Origin: a virus
Length of the DNA: 33,044 nucleotides
Reading direction: 5' to 3' (one strand)
IMG/VR virus record: IMGVR_UViG_3300045988_078908
In this document: positions 8,433 to 16,465 of the stretch, one piece after another
Numbering within the stretch: the first letter of the stretch is position 1
How the letters are laid out: each line of letters starts with the position of its first letter
Made by a program: the position numbers and the translations under genes
Notes under the pieces: model-generated
What the model was told of the DNA's origin: nothing
The model's input: the letters and a program-made list of their open reading frames with translations, nothing else
Databases searched by the model: none

Positions 8433-8789
8433 CTAGAAAGTAACGTCCTGCATGATTTCGAGCACGCCGCGCATGACCGTGAACACATCGCCGTTGCAGC
8501 CGATTTCAAAGTCGTAGAAGTACTTACCGGGATTCGCGTTTGCCGTGTCGCTCGGAGCTACCCGCACGGTGTACGCGCCCGGCCCGACCTTGGAGACGCC
8601 GTCCGAAAGCGACTTCTTGAACAGGAATCGGTTGTCGCTGCGGCTGGACTTGCACGTGAAATAGGCACGCTCCAAATCCTGCCCGAAAGGCGCTCCCTCT
8701 TCGTCGTAGACCTGCAAGCCGAAAGACAGCGTGTCACCGCGAACCATCCGGATGTATTTGTCCTCCATCGTGAAATTAGCTCGCATCAT
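8433..8789 (-). CDS. Hypothetical tail accessory protein, possibly with an Ig-like fold
   Basis: 118 aa. ATG 8789 overlaps the Dit stop (ATGA). The pattern RGDTLSF...YFYDFEI recalls small beta-sandwich tail decoration domains. Confidence 0.7.
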   Translation of the reverse strand: MMRANFTMEDKYIRMVRGDTLSFGLQVYDEEGAPFGQDLERAYFTCKSSRSDNRFLFKKSLSDGVSKVGPGAYTVRVAPSDTANANPGKYFYDFEIGCNGDVFTVMRGVLEIMQDVTF

Positions 8790-9862
8790 AACCACCTCGA
8801 AAAATCTTCTACCATGATTGCCGTAACGTCACCGCGCCATGATACGACGTTCTCCCCGACGTTCAGGCGCAAGTCGGAGTAATCGCCCGTAACGTGTCGG
8901 TTCATCAGGGTGTCGCCATGATACGCATTCATCTCGTCAGCGTCTATCGTGATGTATCCGTTATCGATTGAGAACGACAGCACCGTGACGGAGTTGATTG
9001 CAAGCTCGACGTTGCCGCTGCCGTAGATGGTGACGGTCGGCCTTGAAACGACGTTCCCGCGATTCGTCAGTGCGATTCGGTTGAAGCTGTTGCTCGCCAT
9101 TGTGACGCTCAGCGTGAAGTCTACCGAAGTTCCGGCCTTAATGTCGAGCCACAGTGCATCGTACTCGGCGCTCGAATCGGCCGCTGCCGTCATGGTCGAA
9201 TCGCCGTCGCTCTTAAGCTCCATGTACGAGCCGCCGAAAGACCTGTCATTCGACGGGGAGCCGTCGATGAGCCTTAGCGCGCACCCGGCAGCGCTGCCGC
9301 TAGCCGAAGCGGTCAGGGTGTAGCTTCCAGAGAGCGACATGCTCTCGATTGGAACCTCTATATCGACATCGCTCGTCGCATTTCCAGCTACCCTGATGCT
9401 GCCGTCGCTCGAAGTGACCGTTATGCCGAACTTGCTTGCCGTCGAATCCTTGGCGTGCAGGAACTGGTTCACGATATCGAAAGTCCTGTCAACTGCGTCA
9501 TACTTGAACGGCTGAACGTGCATCTTGACCTTCGCCGTTCGGAACCTCACCAGCCTCTCGAAGTCGATTTGGTCGAGAATCTGGTAGCGGTAGTACTTGT
9601 CAGGCTCGTTGCCGAAAACGACCTCGCCCTCCGAATCGAAAAAGGCGATTGCATCGTCAATGTCGAAGTCACCGTGGAGGCCGATGCTCACCTCCTTGTC
9701 GTAGGCGGAATAGCCCAGCTTCGTAACGATATCGCCGTCGCGCCCGTCGATTGTCTCGATGGACGTTCGCATCTTCGGCTTGCTGATTGGCGGGATGGAC
9801 TGGATTATCAGCCCCTTGACGCTCGTGCTCTTCTCGCCGTTCAGCTCGATGTAGTTAATCAC
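8786..9862 (-). CDS. Distal tail protein (Dit, siphovirus tail component family) with an extended C-terminal domain
   Basis: 358 aa. GTG start at 9862 lies 5 nt after AGGAGGTG. The N-terminus MINYIELNGEKST..GLIIQS...ISKPKMRT..ETIDGRDG is typical of Dit. It lies directly after the tape measure gene. Confidence 0.85.
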   Translation of the reverse strand: MINYIELNGEKSTSVKGLIIQSIPPISKPKMRTSIETIDGRDGDIVTKLGYSAYDKEVSIGLHGDFDIDDAIAFFDSEGEVVFGNEPDKYYRYQILDQIDFERLVRFRTAKVKMHVQPFKYDAVDRTFDIVNQFLHAKDSTASKFGITVTSSDGSIRVAGNATSDVDIEVPIESMSLSGSYTLTASASGSAAGCALRLIDGSPSNDRSFGGSYMELKSDGDSTMTAAADSSAEYDALWLDIKAGTSVDFTLSVTMASNSFNRIALTNRGNVVSRPTVTIYGSGNVELAINSVTVLSFSIDNGYITIDADEMNAYHGDTLMNRHVTGDYSDLRLNVGENVVSWRGDVTAIMVEDFSRWL

Positions 9863-9873
9863 ATAAACACCTC

Positions 9874-12426
9874 CTATTGTGCGTAAATCGCGTTCGTGAC
9901 CGTTCGCTCGACGAACTTGCCTGCCACCTCGTCATCGAGCACGATGTGGACGCGCCCGAGGGCTTCGATGACAGCATCGACGACGCTGGGATTGGCTACC
10001 GTCCCAGCTGCGGGATAGCCGCCGTATGCCATCTGCGTGTCGCTCACGAAAGCCGATGGGTCGGGCATGGCGTCCTGCATCTGACCGACAACGCTGCCCA
10101 TCTCGTCGGTGAATCCCTCGCCGATGCCCTGTGCGATGTACTTGCCGACTTGGTCGCGGAACAGCCGCGAGGGCGAGTGGATGCCGAGGGCGTCCTTCAT
10201 GCCGTCGAGGATGCCGGACGCGAAGCTCTTCACCTTGCCGGCCAGCCAACCAGCGGCGCCAGATATTCCGTTCCAGATTCCGCGCACAATGTCACCGCCG
10301 ATGCTGAGCACGCGGCTAGGCAGCGAGGTCAGCCCATTGACCACCGCGTTGAACATGTTCCTTGCGCCCTCAGCGCCCTTGCTCGCCATGTTACCAGCCC
10401 AAGAGCCGAGGTTCGAGATGACGTTGCCAAGGAAACTTGCGATGCGCCCGGGCAGCTGAGAGACGAAGTTGACGGCGTTGCTCAGGAATTGCGAACCAGC
10501 TCTGGTCGCGTTGCTGGCCATGTTCGATGCCCAGCCAACGACGTTGGAAATGACGTTGGCAAGGAAACTTGCAATGTTCGTGGGAAGGTTCTGGATGAAA
10601 GTCTCGACATTGTGGACGAATTGCGAACCCGCGAGCGCTGCGTTGCTCGCCATGTACGAAACCCAATCGGTAACCGTGTCGATGACGTTGTTCAGCCAGT
10701 CGGAGAACATCTGCGGCAGCTGCGAGATTGTTGTGCCGAGGTTAGAGAAGAAGTCCCCGATTGCCTGAACCGCATCGCCGATGAAGTCCTTGATGCCATT
10801 CCACACGTTCATTACCGCGTCTCGGAAACCCTCGTTCGTGTTCCAGAGCACGACTATCACGGCGATAAGCCCGGCGACAAGCCCGACCACCAGCCCGATT
10901 GGGGACGAGAGCTGCGCGGCGTTGAGAAGCTTCTGCGCCACCGTCATTCCCTCGGTCGCGGTCTTCCAGCTTTTGAACGCTTTGACCATCGCTTCGACCT
11001 TCTGCGCGACCATGATGCCGCCCAACGCTGTGGAGATTCCCGCCAGCAGCGGCGCTATCGTCGGCAGGTTGTCCTTCAGCCACGAGATGCCTTTCTTGAT
11101 TGGCGGGATGACCTTGGAGACGCCGTCGCTGATTGTGTTGATGAAGCCCGTGACGTTCTCGGAGCCGATAGCATCGTAAATCTGCATGAGACCGTCAGTG
11201 ACAGCCGCCTGCATATTCCCCATCGCGCCCTCGAAAGTTGACGTGGAAGTAGCGGCCTGCTGGGCGGCGTCGGTGAAGCCCAGACTCATGATTGCCTGAT
11301 TGAACTCGTCAGCCGTGATTTGGCCCTGTGCCATAGCGTCGCGGAAGTTGCCCGTGTAAGCGCCGTTCTGCTGCAACGCTTCTTGCAGCTTTCCGGACGC
11401 GCCGGGAATCGCGTCAGCGAGCTGGTTCCAGTTTTCAGTCGTGAGCTTGCCTGCGCCAGCCGTCTGCGTTAGCACCATCGCCACGCTCTTGAATGTATCG
11501 GCGTTGCCGCCAGCCACGGCGTTCAGGTTGCCAGCGGCCTGCGTCAGACCCGTATAGTCCTGAATGCCGTTGGCAGCGAGCTGCGCGGTCGTGTTGGCAA
11601 CCGTGTCGAGGTCGTACACCGTCTGGTCGGCGTACGTCTTCATATCGTCCTTGGCTTTGGAGATTGCCGAATCGTCATAGCCCGCGAAGCTCATGGTCGA
11701 CTCGAACTTCTTCAGGGCATCGGAGGAGTTGATTGCTTCGCCCACAAGGCTCTGCACGCCGTTGATTGCCGACGTGATGATGTTGCCGGCGAGGTTGGCG
11801 ATAGCGCCCTTCAGGACGGTGAACCCGCCCTCGGCGTTCCGCGCCTTCTCGCCAGCGTCCTCGACTGATTCGCCGAGCTTTCCGCTTGAAGTTGCGGATT
11901 TGCCCATCTGAGATTCGAGGTCTTTGATTTCGCTCGCGGTCTTGTTGATGTCCGTCTGCGCGTTGTTCATCTGCGTGCGCATACGAGACATGGAGCGCTC
12001 GTTCTGGTCGTTGGCCGCGGTCGATTTATCGACCTGCTCTTTCAGCTTTTCGACAACTTCCGCCTGCTGCTTGTACTCGGGCGAGGTAGTTCCAAGCTCG
12101 CGCCCGATGCGCTCAAGCTCGGACTTCTCGCGGTTGTACGAAGCTACTAGCTGCTCGTGCTTCTCCTTGTTTTGCTGGTACTCGCTGCCCATCTTCTCAT
12201 ACTGCTCGCGCAGCGTGGAAAGTTTCGACTTCTGCTCGTCGAGCCGATGGGTCAGCGCCGTCTGCTTCGCGGTCAGCGCCTCGGTACTCGTGTCGTTCTT
12301 GTCGTACTGCGATGACACAAGCTTCAGCTCGGACGAAACTTCCTTCAGTCTCTGCGAGATGTTGCGCAACGCGGCGCGGTACTCGCTCTCGCCAGTCAGC
12401 TTGACCGCGCCACCGAAACTTGCCAT
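9874..12426 (-). CDS. Tape measure protein
   Basis: 850 aa. It has an N-terminal coiled coil, a central Ala/Gly-rich segment, hydrophobic segments (SPIGLVVGLVAGLIAVIVVLW) and C-terminal tandem repeats. It follows the G/GT chaperones. Confidence 0.9.
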   Translation of the reverse strand: MASFGGAVKLTGESEYRAALRNISQRLKEVSSELKLVSSQYDKNDTSTEALTAKQTALTHRLDEQKSKLSTLREQYEKMGSEYQQNKEKHEQLVASYNREKSELERIGRELGTTSPEYKQQAEVVEKLKEQVDKSTAANDQNERSMSRMRTQMNNAQTDINKTASEIKDLESQMGKSATSSGKLGESVEDAGEKARNAEGGFTVLKGAIANLAGNIITSAINGVQSLVGEAINSSDALKKFESTMSFAGYDDSAISKAKDDMKTYADQTVYDLDTVANTTAQLAANGIQDYTGLTQAAGNLNAVAGGNADTFKSVAMVLTQTAGAGKLTTENWNQLADAIPGASGKLQEALQQNGAYTGNFRDAMAQGQITADEFNQAIMSLGFTDAAQQAATSTSTFEGAMGNMQAAVTDGLMQIYDAIGSENVTGFINTISDGVSKVIPPIKKGISWLKDNLPTIAPLLAGISTALGGIMVAQKVEAMVKAFKSWKTATEGMTVAQKLLNAAQLSSPIGLVVGLVAGLIAVIVVLWNTNEGFRDAVMNVWNGIKDFIGDAVQAIGDFFSNLGTTISQLPQMFSDWLNNVIDTVTDWVSYMASNAALAGSQFVHNVETFIQNLPTNIASFLANVISNVVGWASNMASNATRAGSQFLSNAVNFVSQLPGRIASFLGNVISNLGSWAGNMASKGAEGARNMFNAVVNGLTSLPSRVLSIGGDIVRGIWNGISGAAGWLAGKVKSFASGILDGMKDALGIHSPSRLFRDQVGKYIAQGIGEGFTDEMGSVVGQMQDAMPDPSAFVSDTQMAYGGYPAAGTVANPSVVDAVIEALGRVHIVLDDEVAGKFVERTVTNAIYAQ
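10270..10665 (-). repeat. Three tandem 132-nt (44-aa) repeats inside the tape measure gene
   Basis: The W..MASNA..AGSQF..N...F...LP..IASFL.NVISN unit recurs with Trp codons at 10665, 10533 and 10401. GACGTTGCCAAGGAAACTTGC at 10420 matches GACGTTGGCAAGGAAACTTGC at 10552. Confidence 0.8.
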
Positions 12427-12442
12427 ATAGCCACCCCCTTGG

Positions 12443-13035
12443 TTAGAACCATTCCTCGTCGCTCATGGACTGCGCTTCGAGCTTGGCATACGTAGACCCG
12501 TTCGCCCTCAGCTGCGTCTCGATGTCGAACGTGTCCTTGTAAGCTTGATAGAGCGCTCGAAACCGCCTGAGCGTCAGTCTCCCGACCTCCTTGTCAGACG
12601 AAAGCCCAAGCCGCGTTCGTCCCATAAAGTAGTACCACGAGAAGTTGATGGTCGGGTCATAGTCGAAAATCTCGTCTTCGTCGTGGATTACTCGTTTTTT
12701 GAATCATCCGCCGTGGAATCGATGACCGTCTGCTGCACCTTGCCCGTCACTGATTCAAGGCCGACAGCCGTCAGGATGCGGGCCACCTTGCGATGTGTAA
12801 GCGGCTTCTCGTCGGTGCCGTCCTCGTCGTTGGCGATTTCGATTCCCTCGTTAATCATCTGCGTAGCCCCGAAAACGAGCGCCTTGATATTAGGCTCCCC
12901 CTCTTCAGGCTCCACGAGCTTGCCCCACGCTTCGATGCTCCCGTACTCGTCCTGAATTGCTTCCATGACGTTGAGGTCGAAGGCTAGCTTGTACGTCTTG
13001 TCTTTGTACTCGATTTCCTGCAACTTGCTTTTCAT
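12443..13035 (-). CDS. Tail assembly chaperone GT fusion, produced by a -1 programmed frameshift at 12694-12700
   Basis: I checked codon by codon that the -1 frame is open from the slippery site down to the 12443-12625 ORF (KKRVIHDEDEIFDYDPTINFSWYYFMGRTRLG...). The frame offset is exactly -1. Confidence 0.7.
12688..13035 (-). CDS. Tail assembly chaperone (gpG-like)
   Basis: 115 aa from ATG 13035, which follows an AGGAGGAAGG SD. It is acidic and lies between the major tail and tape measure genes. It ends ...DDSKNE*. Confidence 0.8.
   Translation of the reverse strand: MKSKLQEIEYKDKTYKLAFDLNVMEAIQDEYGSIEAWGKLVEPEEGEPNIKALVFGATQMINEGIEIANDEDGTDEKPLTHRKVARILTAVGLESVTGKVQQTVIDSTADDSKNE
12694..12700 (-). 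promoter_or_regulatory. -1 ribosomal frameshift heptamer A_AAA_AAC
   Basis: On the - strand the sequence TCA AAA AAC GAG TAA has the X_XXY_YYZ pattern two codons before the gpG stop codon. Confidence 0.65.
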
Positions 13036-13050
13036 GTCGTCCTTCCTCCT

Positions 13051-13088
13051 TTTAAAACAATGGGCCACGGCGATTGCCATGACCCATT
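13051..13088 (-). terminator. Intrinsic terminator/attenuator after the major tail protein gene
   Basis: On the - strand, AAUGGGUCAUGGC-AAUC-GCCGUGGCCCAUU forms a 13-bp stem with 2 G-U pairs. It is followed by GUUUUAAAA, just upstream of the chaperone SD. Confidence 0.55.
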
Positions 13089-13113
13089 ATCGCACATCCT
13101 TTAGGCCGCACCT

Positions 13114-13686
13114 TTACTCGCTGGCCGCCTTGAGCTTGTCCTTGACCCATGTAACGGCGGCTTCCTTGGTGTCGAACGTCTGCGCCGCAGACCAGTTGCC
13201 GTTCGCAAGGCTCGCCGCAGCTCCCTCGATTTCAGGCGTCTTGAAGTCAACCTTCTCGCCCTTCGTCTGGTCTTCCTGCGACGGTTCGCTGAACTTGACC
13301 TTGTAAAGGAACTCGCCCTTGTACTTCATGGCGCCGTTGACCATCTTGGTGATGACGCGACCGAGGCCGATGTAGGGGGCAACGTCGTTGGCGTTGCGAA
13401 CCATCTCGCCCTTGCCCTCCGCTTCGCTCTTGACGGTGTGGCCGAGGATGGGCGCGAAAATCGTATCGTCATCGTCGGCAACTCCGAGCGTCACGGCCGC
13501 GCTGTTGAAGCTCTTGTCGGATTCGGCAAGAGCGTCCTCGGCGTAGAGCGTAGCGTCGTTGTTGGTCACGGAAACCTTGCAGGAAACCGCCTTGCCGAAA
13601 GACTTCGCGCCATCGTAGGTCGGTGCTCCGTCCTCGGCTTCGGTGAGCTTCGCCCACCAGATGTTAGTAAGGCCGATTTTTGCCAT
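13114..13686 (-). CDS. Major tail (tube) protein, phi13-like family
   Basis: 190 aa. The N-terminus MAKIGLTNIWWAKLTEAEDG.PTYDG...GKAVS..V is typical of Gram-positive siphovirus major tail proteins. It lies upstream of the chaperones. Confidence 0.85.
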   Translation of the reverse strand: MAKIGLTNIWWAKLTEAEDGAPTYDGAKSFGKAVSCKVSVTNNDATLYAEDALAESDKSFNSAAVTLGVADDDDTIFAPILGHTVKSEAEGKGEMVRNANDVAPYIGLGRVITKMVNGAMKYKGEFLYKVKFSEPSQEDQTKGEKVDFKTPEIEGAAASLANGNWSAAQTFDTKEAAVTWVKDKLKAASE

Positions 13687-14034
13687 CTAAATCCCTCTTT
13701 CCTTTGCGAAACTGAGCGTCACATGAAAATACCCCGTGTCGCTCTCGTACATGTCCCCAGAAGAGCGGGACGGCTGCCATGTCCAGCCCGCATCTTCGAG
13801 AACCTTCTTGACTGCTTCGACGAGCGCCGCGTGGTTGCCCTTGCTGTACACGTCGAAGTCGTAATACGTGACGTAGCCGAGAATCGAATCGTCACCGGCA
13901 TACGAGCTATCGTCATACTCGCGGCTAAAGATGACGTAAGGCTCGCCGTGGCCCTCGTACGTCATGAACCGCACGGGAACCTCTTTGCCGTTGACGGTGA
14001 AGCCGTCGAAAATCTTGACGATTTCAGAGTTCAT
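13687..14034 (-). CDS. Tail terminator / tail completion protein (assigned by position)
   Basis: 115 aa. It is tightly packed between the HK97 gp10-like gene and the major tail gene. Confidence 0.6.
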   Translation of the reverse strand: MNSEIVKIFDGFTVNGKEVPVRFMTYEGHGEPYVIFSREYDDSSYAGDDSILGYVTYYDFDVYSKGNHAALVEAVKKVLEDAGWTWQPSRSSGDMYESDTGYFHVTLSFAKERGI

Positions 14035-14038
14035 CGGC

Positions 14039-14458
14039 TCACCCCTTCGGCAGGTACTTGTCCTGCACCTTTTTCATGGCCGATTCGATTTCGCTGCTCA
14101 CGAAACTGCGACGCATGAAGGGATGGCGCGGGTACGGCGAATTGCTGCGACCGTATTCGAACAGGTTGCACACCAGCGGCGCTGGCGTTCTCTTCCCGTC
14201 CTCGTTGGTGAAGTAGCCATAGAACGCGACCTTTGTTGCAACGCCGTCATCGGAAGGCGTCTTGTATGAGCGGGTCAGCTTCAGGCACTTCATGATGCCC
14301 GACTTCATGAAGCTCGACGGGACGTTGGACTTGACGTTCGCCAAGACCTTCTTCGCCCCCTCGCGCGTCATTTCCTTGAGCATCGTGTCGGTGCTTTTGT
14401 CGAGGAACTCGAACTGCTCCATAAGCTCGGTCGGGAGCTTTTCGTCGAATGTTGCCAT
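14039..14458 (-). CDS. HK97 gp10-family neck / tail completion protein
   Basis: 139 aa. The C-terminal pattern NLFEYGRSNSPYPRHPFMRRSF matches the gp10-family signature (fE.G.s..p..PFm). Its ATGA overlaps the upstream gene. Confidence 0.75.
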   Translation of the reverse strand: MATFDEKLPTELMEQFEFLDKSTDTMLKEMTREGAKKVLANVKSNVPSSFMKSGIMKCLKLTRSYKTPSDDGVATKVAFYGYFTNEDGKRTPAPLVCNLFEYGRSNSPYPRHPFMRRSFVSSEIESAMKKVQDKYLPKG

Positions 14459-14787
14459 CAGTGCGTCACCTCCTTCGCCTGAATCTCAAGCTCGACGTTC
14501 GCGTAGTTGATGTTATTGAGATATTGAATCTCGTATCGCCTACCGTCGAAAAGCACGACCATGTCACGGTCGATTTTTGTTGTCTGCGGGTAGCGAATCG
14601 TGAAGTTCGTCGTTGCCGCCTCGAAGCTCGTGCCGCTCTTGATGAGCGTGTAGCCGCGAGTCGTTCTCACGCTCGCGTAGGCTTCGAGGATTGGTTCGTC
14701 AACCGTGGTCGGGAACCCTTCCGCGTCGTGCGATACCTTCGGCTTGACGATTTGGATTCGGTGGTCGTACTTGCCTGCGTTAATCAT
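14458..14787 (-). CDS. Head-closure / head-tail joining protein (SPP1 gp16-like)
   Basis: 109 aa. The sequence MINAGKYDHRIQI.....HDAEG.......ILEAYASV...RG matches the Phage_H_T_join pattern. Confidence 0.75.
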   Translation of the reverse strand: MINAGKYDHRIQIVKPKVSHDAEGFPTTVDEPILEAYASVRTTRGYTLIKSGTSFEAATTNFTIRYPQTTKIDRDMVVLFDGRRYEIQYLNNINYANVELEIQAKEVTH

Positions 14788-15103
14788 CGTGCATCACCGA
14801 GGGGAGAAGGTTGACGGAGTGCATGTCGAGGATGCTCTGCACCATGCGGTTGACGTTCGCGGAATCGCCATACAGGGCGCGGTTGTCGTACATGTCTTGG
14901 CAAAGCACCAGGAGCACCGGTACGAAGTCCTGAGACTCGTCAAGCTGCGCGGTCGTAAGACCCGTGTACTTGCACATGTAGGCCGTAGCCGCGCCGATAA
15001 TCGTATTCAAGAACCCTTCCTCGGAAGCTGTCACCTCGCCGACCCGCAGGTATTCCGCAAGGTCGGTCGAAGTGACCTCCGAGACTTTCGCAATCTGGTT
15101 CAT
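14780..15103 (-). CDS. Head-tail connector protein (gp6-like)
   Basis: 107 aa. The pattern DLAEYLRV......EEGFLNTIIGAATAYMCKYTG is typical of gp6-like connectors. It is the first gene after the capsid region. Confidence 0.75.
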   Translation of the reverse strand: MNQIAKVSEVTSTDLAEYLRVGEVTASEEGFLNTIIGAATAYMCKYTGLTTAQLDESQDFVPVLLVLCQDMYDNRALYGDSANVNRMVQSILDMHSVNLLPSVMHDD

Positions 15104-15113
15104 CTAATCCCCC

Positions 15114-15251
15114 CTACTCTTGGGGATTCGCGTCCCCAGACTTCTTGGTGCTCCTGCCGCGCTTGGGCTTGACCTCTTCGATGTATCCAGCCTTCAGCAG
15201 GTCGGCCACCAGCTCTGCGGCATCAATCTCCCGCGTCTCGCCCTCATGCAT
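15114..15251 (-). CDS. Possible small 45-aa protein between the capsid and connector genes
   Basis: ATG 15251. The translation is MHEGETREIDAAELVADLLKAGYIEEVKPKRGRSTKKSGDANPQE. There is no convincing SD, and it is below the ORF-track cutoff. Confidence 0.3.
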   Translation of the reverse strand: MHEGETREIDAAELVADLLKAGYIEEVKPKRGRSTKKSGDANPQE

Positions 15252-15282
15252 CGAGATTGCGCCGCTGAAAGACTTCAGCGCC

Positions 15283-16464
15283 CTATGCACTGGCCATCAC
15301 CAGCTTGGCCAGCTTCTGGGCGTCCTGCACCTTTGAGTCGAACTCGAACCAAGCGACAACGCCAGTGGCGTGCTCGTCGGCGTACTTCTCACGGAGAACC
15401 TGCGTTGTGATGTTCTCAGAGAACTTGGTGGCAAGGCCAGTCATGTCTCCGTAGTAGATGGCAGTGGCACCCTTCGCAATGTTCGGCATGTTGTCGGACA
15501 CGTACACTGGCTTGCCGAGCAGCGTGGAACCGAACTCAGCCGTGATGTCGTCCTGAAGAAGGTAGTGACCGTCGGAACCCTTCAGAAGTCGGAGCGCCGT
15601 GCGTGTCGCTGGGGACATAACCCAAATCGCGTTGTTCTGGTAGACGTCCTTGATGGAATCCTTCAGCTTGACAACCTCGTCGGCGGTGATTGCGGCCTGA
15701 GCCGCGGCGGTCACGGAGTTTGTGAGCTTGGAAAGGCCCTCGACCTTGTCACTGGTGCCGATAAGAAGCTCGTGCTCGATGAAACGCGCGATATCCTCGC
15801 CCATCTGGTTGACAACGAAGGAAACGATGTCGAACTGGGAGTTGTTGATAAGCGAGTTGCTAATCTTGGAAAGCGCACCAGCCAAGAAGCCGTCGAGCTG
15901 GATGTTCTTGAACTTTCCGTTGGAAGAGGTCAGCGGGGTGAACTCCTCGGCATACGCGACGGTGATGCCGCCATCCGTGGTGTCGTAGTACGGAATCTGG
16001 AGCTTGCCCTTGACGTTGTACTTCTGGGACTTCTCCAGAATCGGCGAAACGTCGTAAACCTTCTTGATAATCTGCTGCGCGATAGTGGTCGGGATGACCG
16101 AACCGTTGTCGGTCTTGGTCAGCTCGCCAGCGCGCTCGTGAACGACGCGGCCTCGGATGAAGTTCTCGAAAGCGCGGGTGTCCTGCTGCTCCTGGGTCGG
16201 CTTCGGCTCGCCGCCAGCGGGCGTAGGCTCCTGCTTCGGCTGCTTATCCTTGGAATCGTCAAGCTCGTCACCGATTTTGAGCGCCTCCTTGATGCGCTTC
16301 ACATCGTCGCGAATCTCTGCAAGCTCTTCGGCCTCGTCCTCGGTAAGCTCGCGCTTGTTCACCTCGGCGTCTGCCAGAATCTTCTCGGCCTTCTCAATCT
16401 TGTCGTTCTTCAGCTCCATGAGGTTCTTGTAGCTCATGGCTCGGGTGTGATAAATCTTCGGCAT
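15283..16464 (-). CDS. Major capsid protein, HK97 family, with an N-terminal coiled-coil delta-like region
   Basis: 393 aa with a GAAGGAGGG SD. It follows the prohead protease. It has a charged N-terminal ~100 aa followed by an HK97-fold-like core. Confidence 0.9.
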   Translation of the reverse strand: MPKIYHTRAMSYKNLMELKNDKIEKAEKILADAEVNKRELTEDEAEELAEIRDDVKRIKEALKIGDELDDSKDKQPKQEPTPAGGEPKPTQEQQDTRAFENFIRGRVVHERAGELTKTDNGSVIPTTIAQQIIKKVYDVSPILEKSQKYNVKGKLQIPYYDTTDGGITVAYAEEFTPLTSSNGKFKNIQLDGFLAGALSKISNSLINNSQFDIVSFVVNQMGEDIARFIEHELLIGTSDKVEGLSKLTNSVTAAAQAAITADEVVKLKDSIKDVYQNNAIWVMSPATRTALRLLKGSDGHYLLQDDITAEFGSTLLGKPVYVSDNMPNIAKGATAIYYGDMTGLATKFSENITTQVLREKYADEHATGVVAWFEFDSKVQDAQKLAKLVMASA

Positions 16465-16465
16465 G

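Noticed and set aside
9877-11241. A 454-aa + strand ORF antisense to the tape measure gene. Similar long antisense ORFs occur at 15370-16596 (opposite the capsid gene), 20373-21254 (GT-B), 17733-18485 (portal), 5698-6384 (Tal), 3379-4032 (RBP) and 31753-32553.
   Set aside because: Their translations are low-complexity and rich in Arg, Val, Asp and His. They lack SD sequences and recognisable motifs, and they are fully nested opposite genes with strong family signatures. Long antisense ORFs are expected when the sense strand avoids the codons TTA, CTA and TCA.
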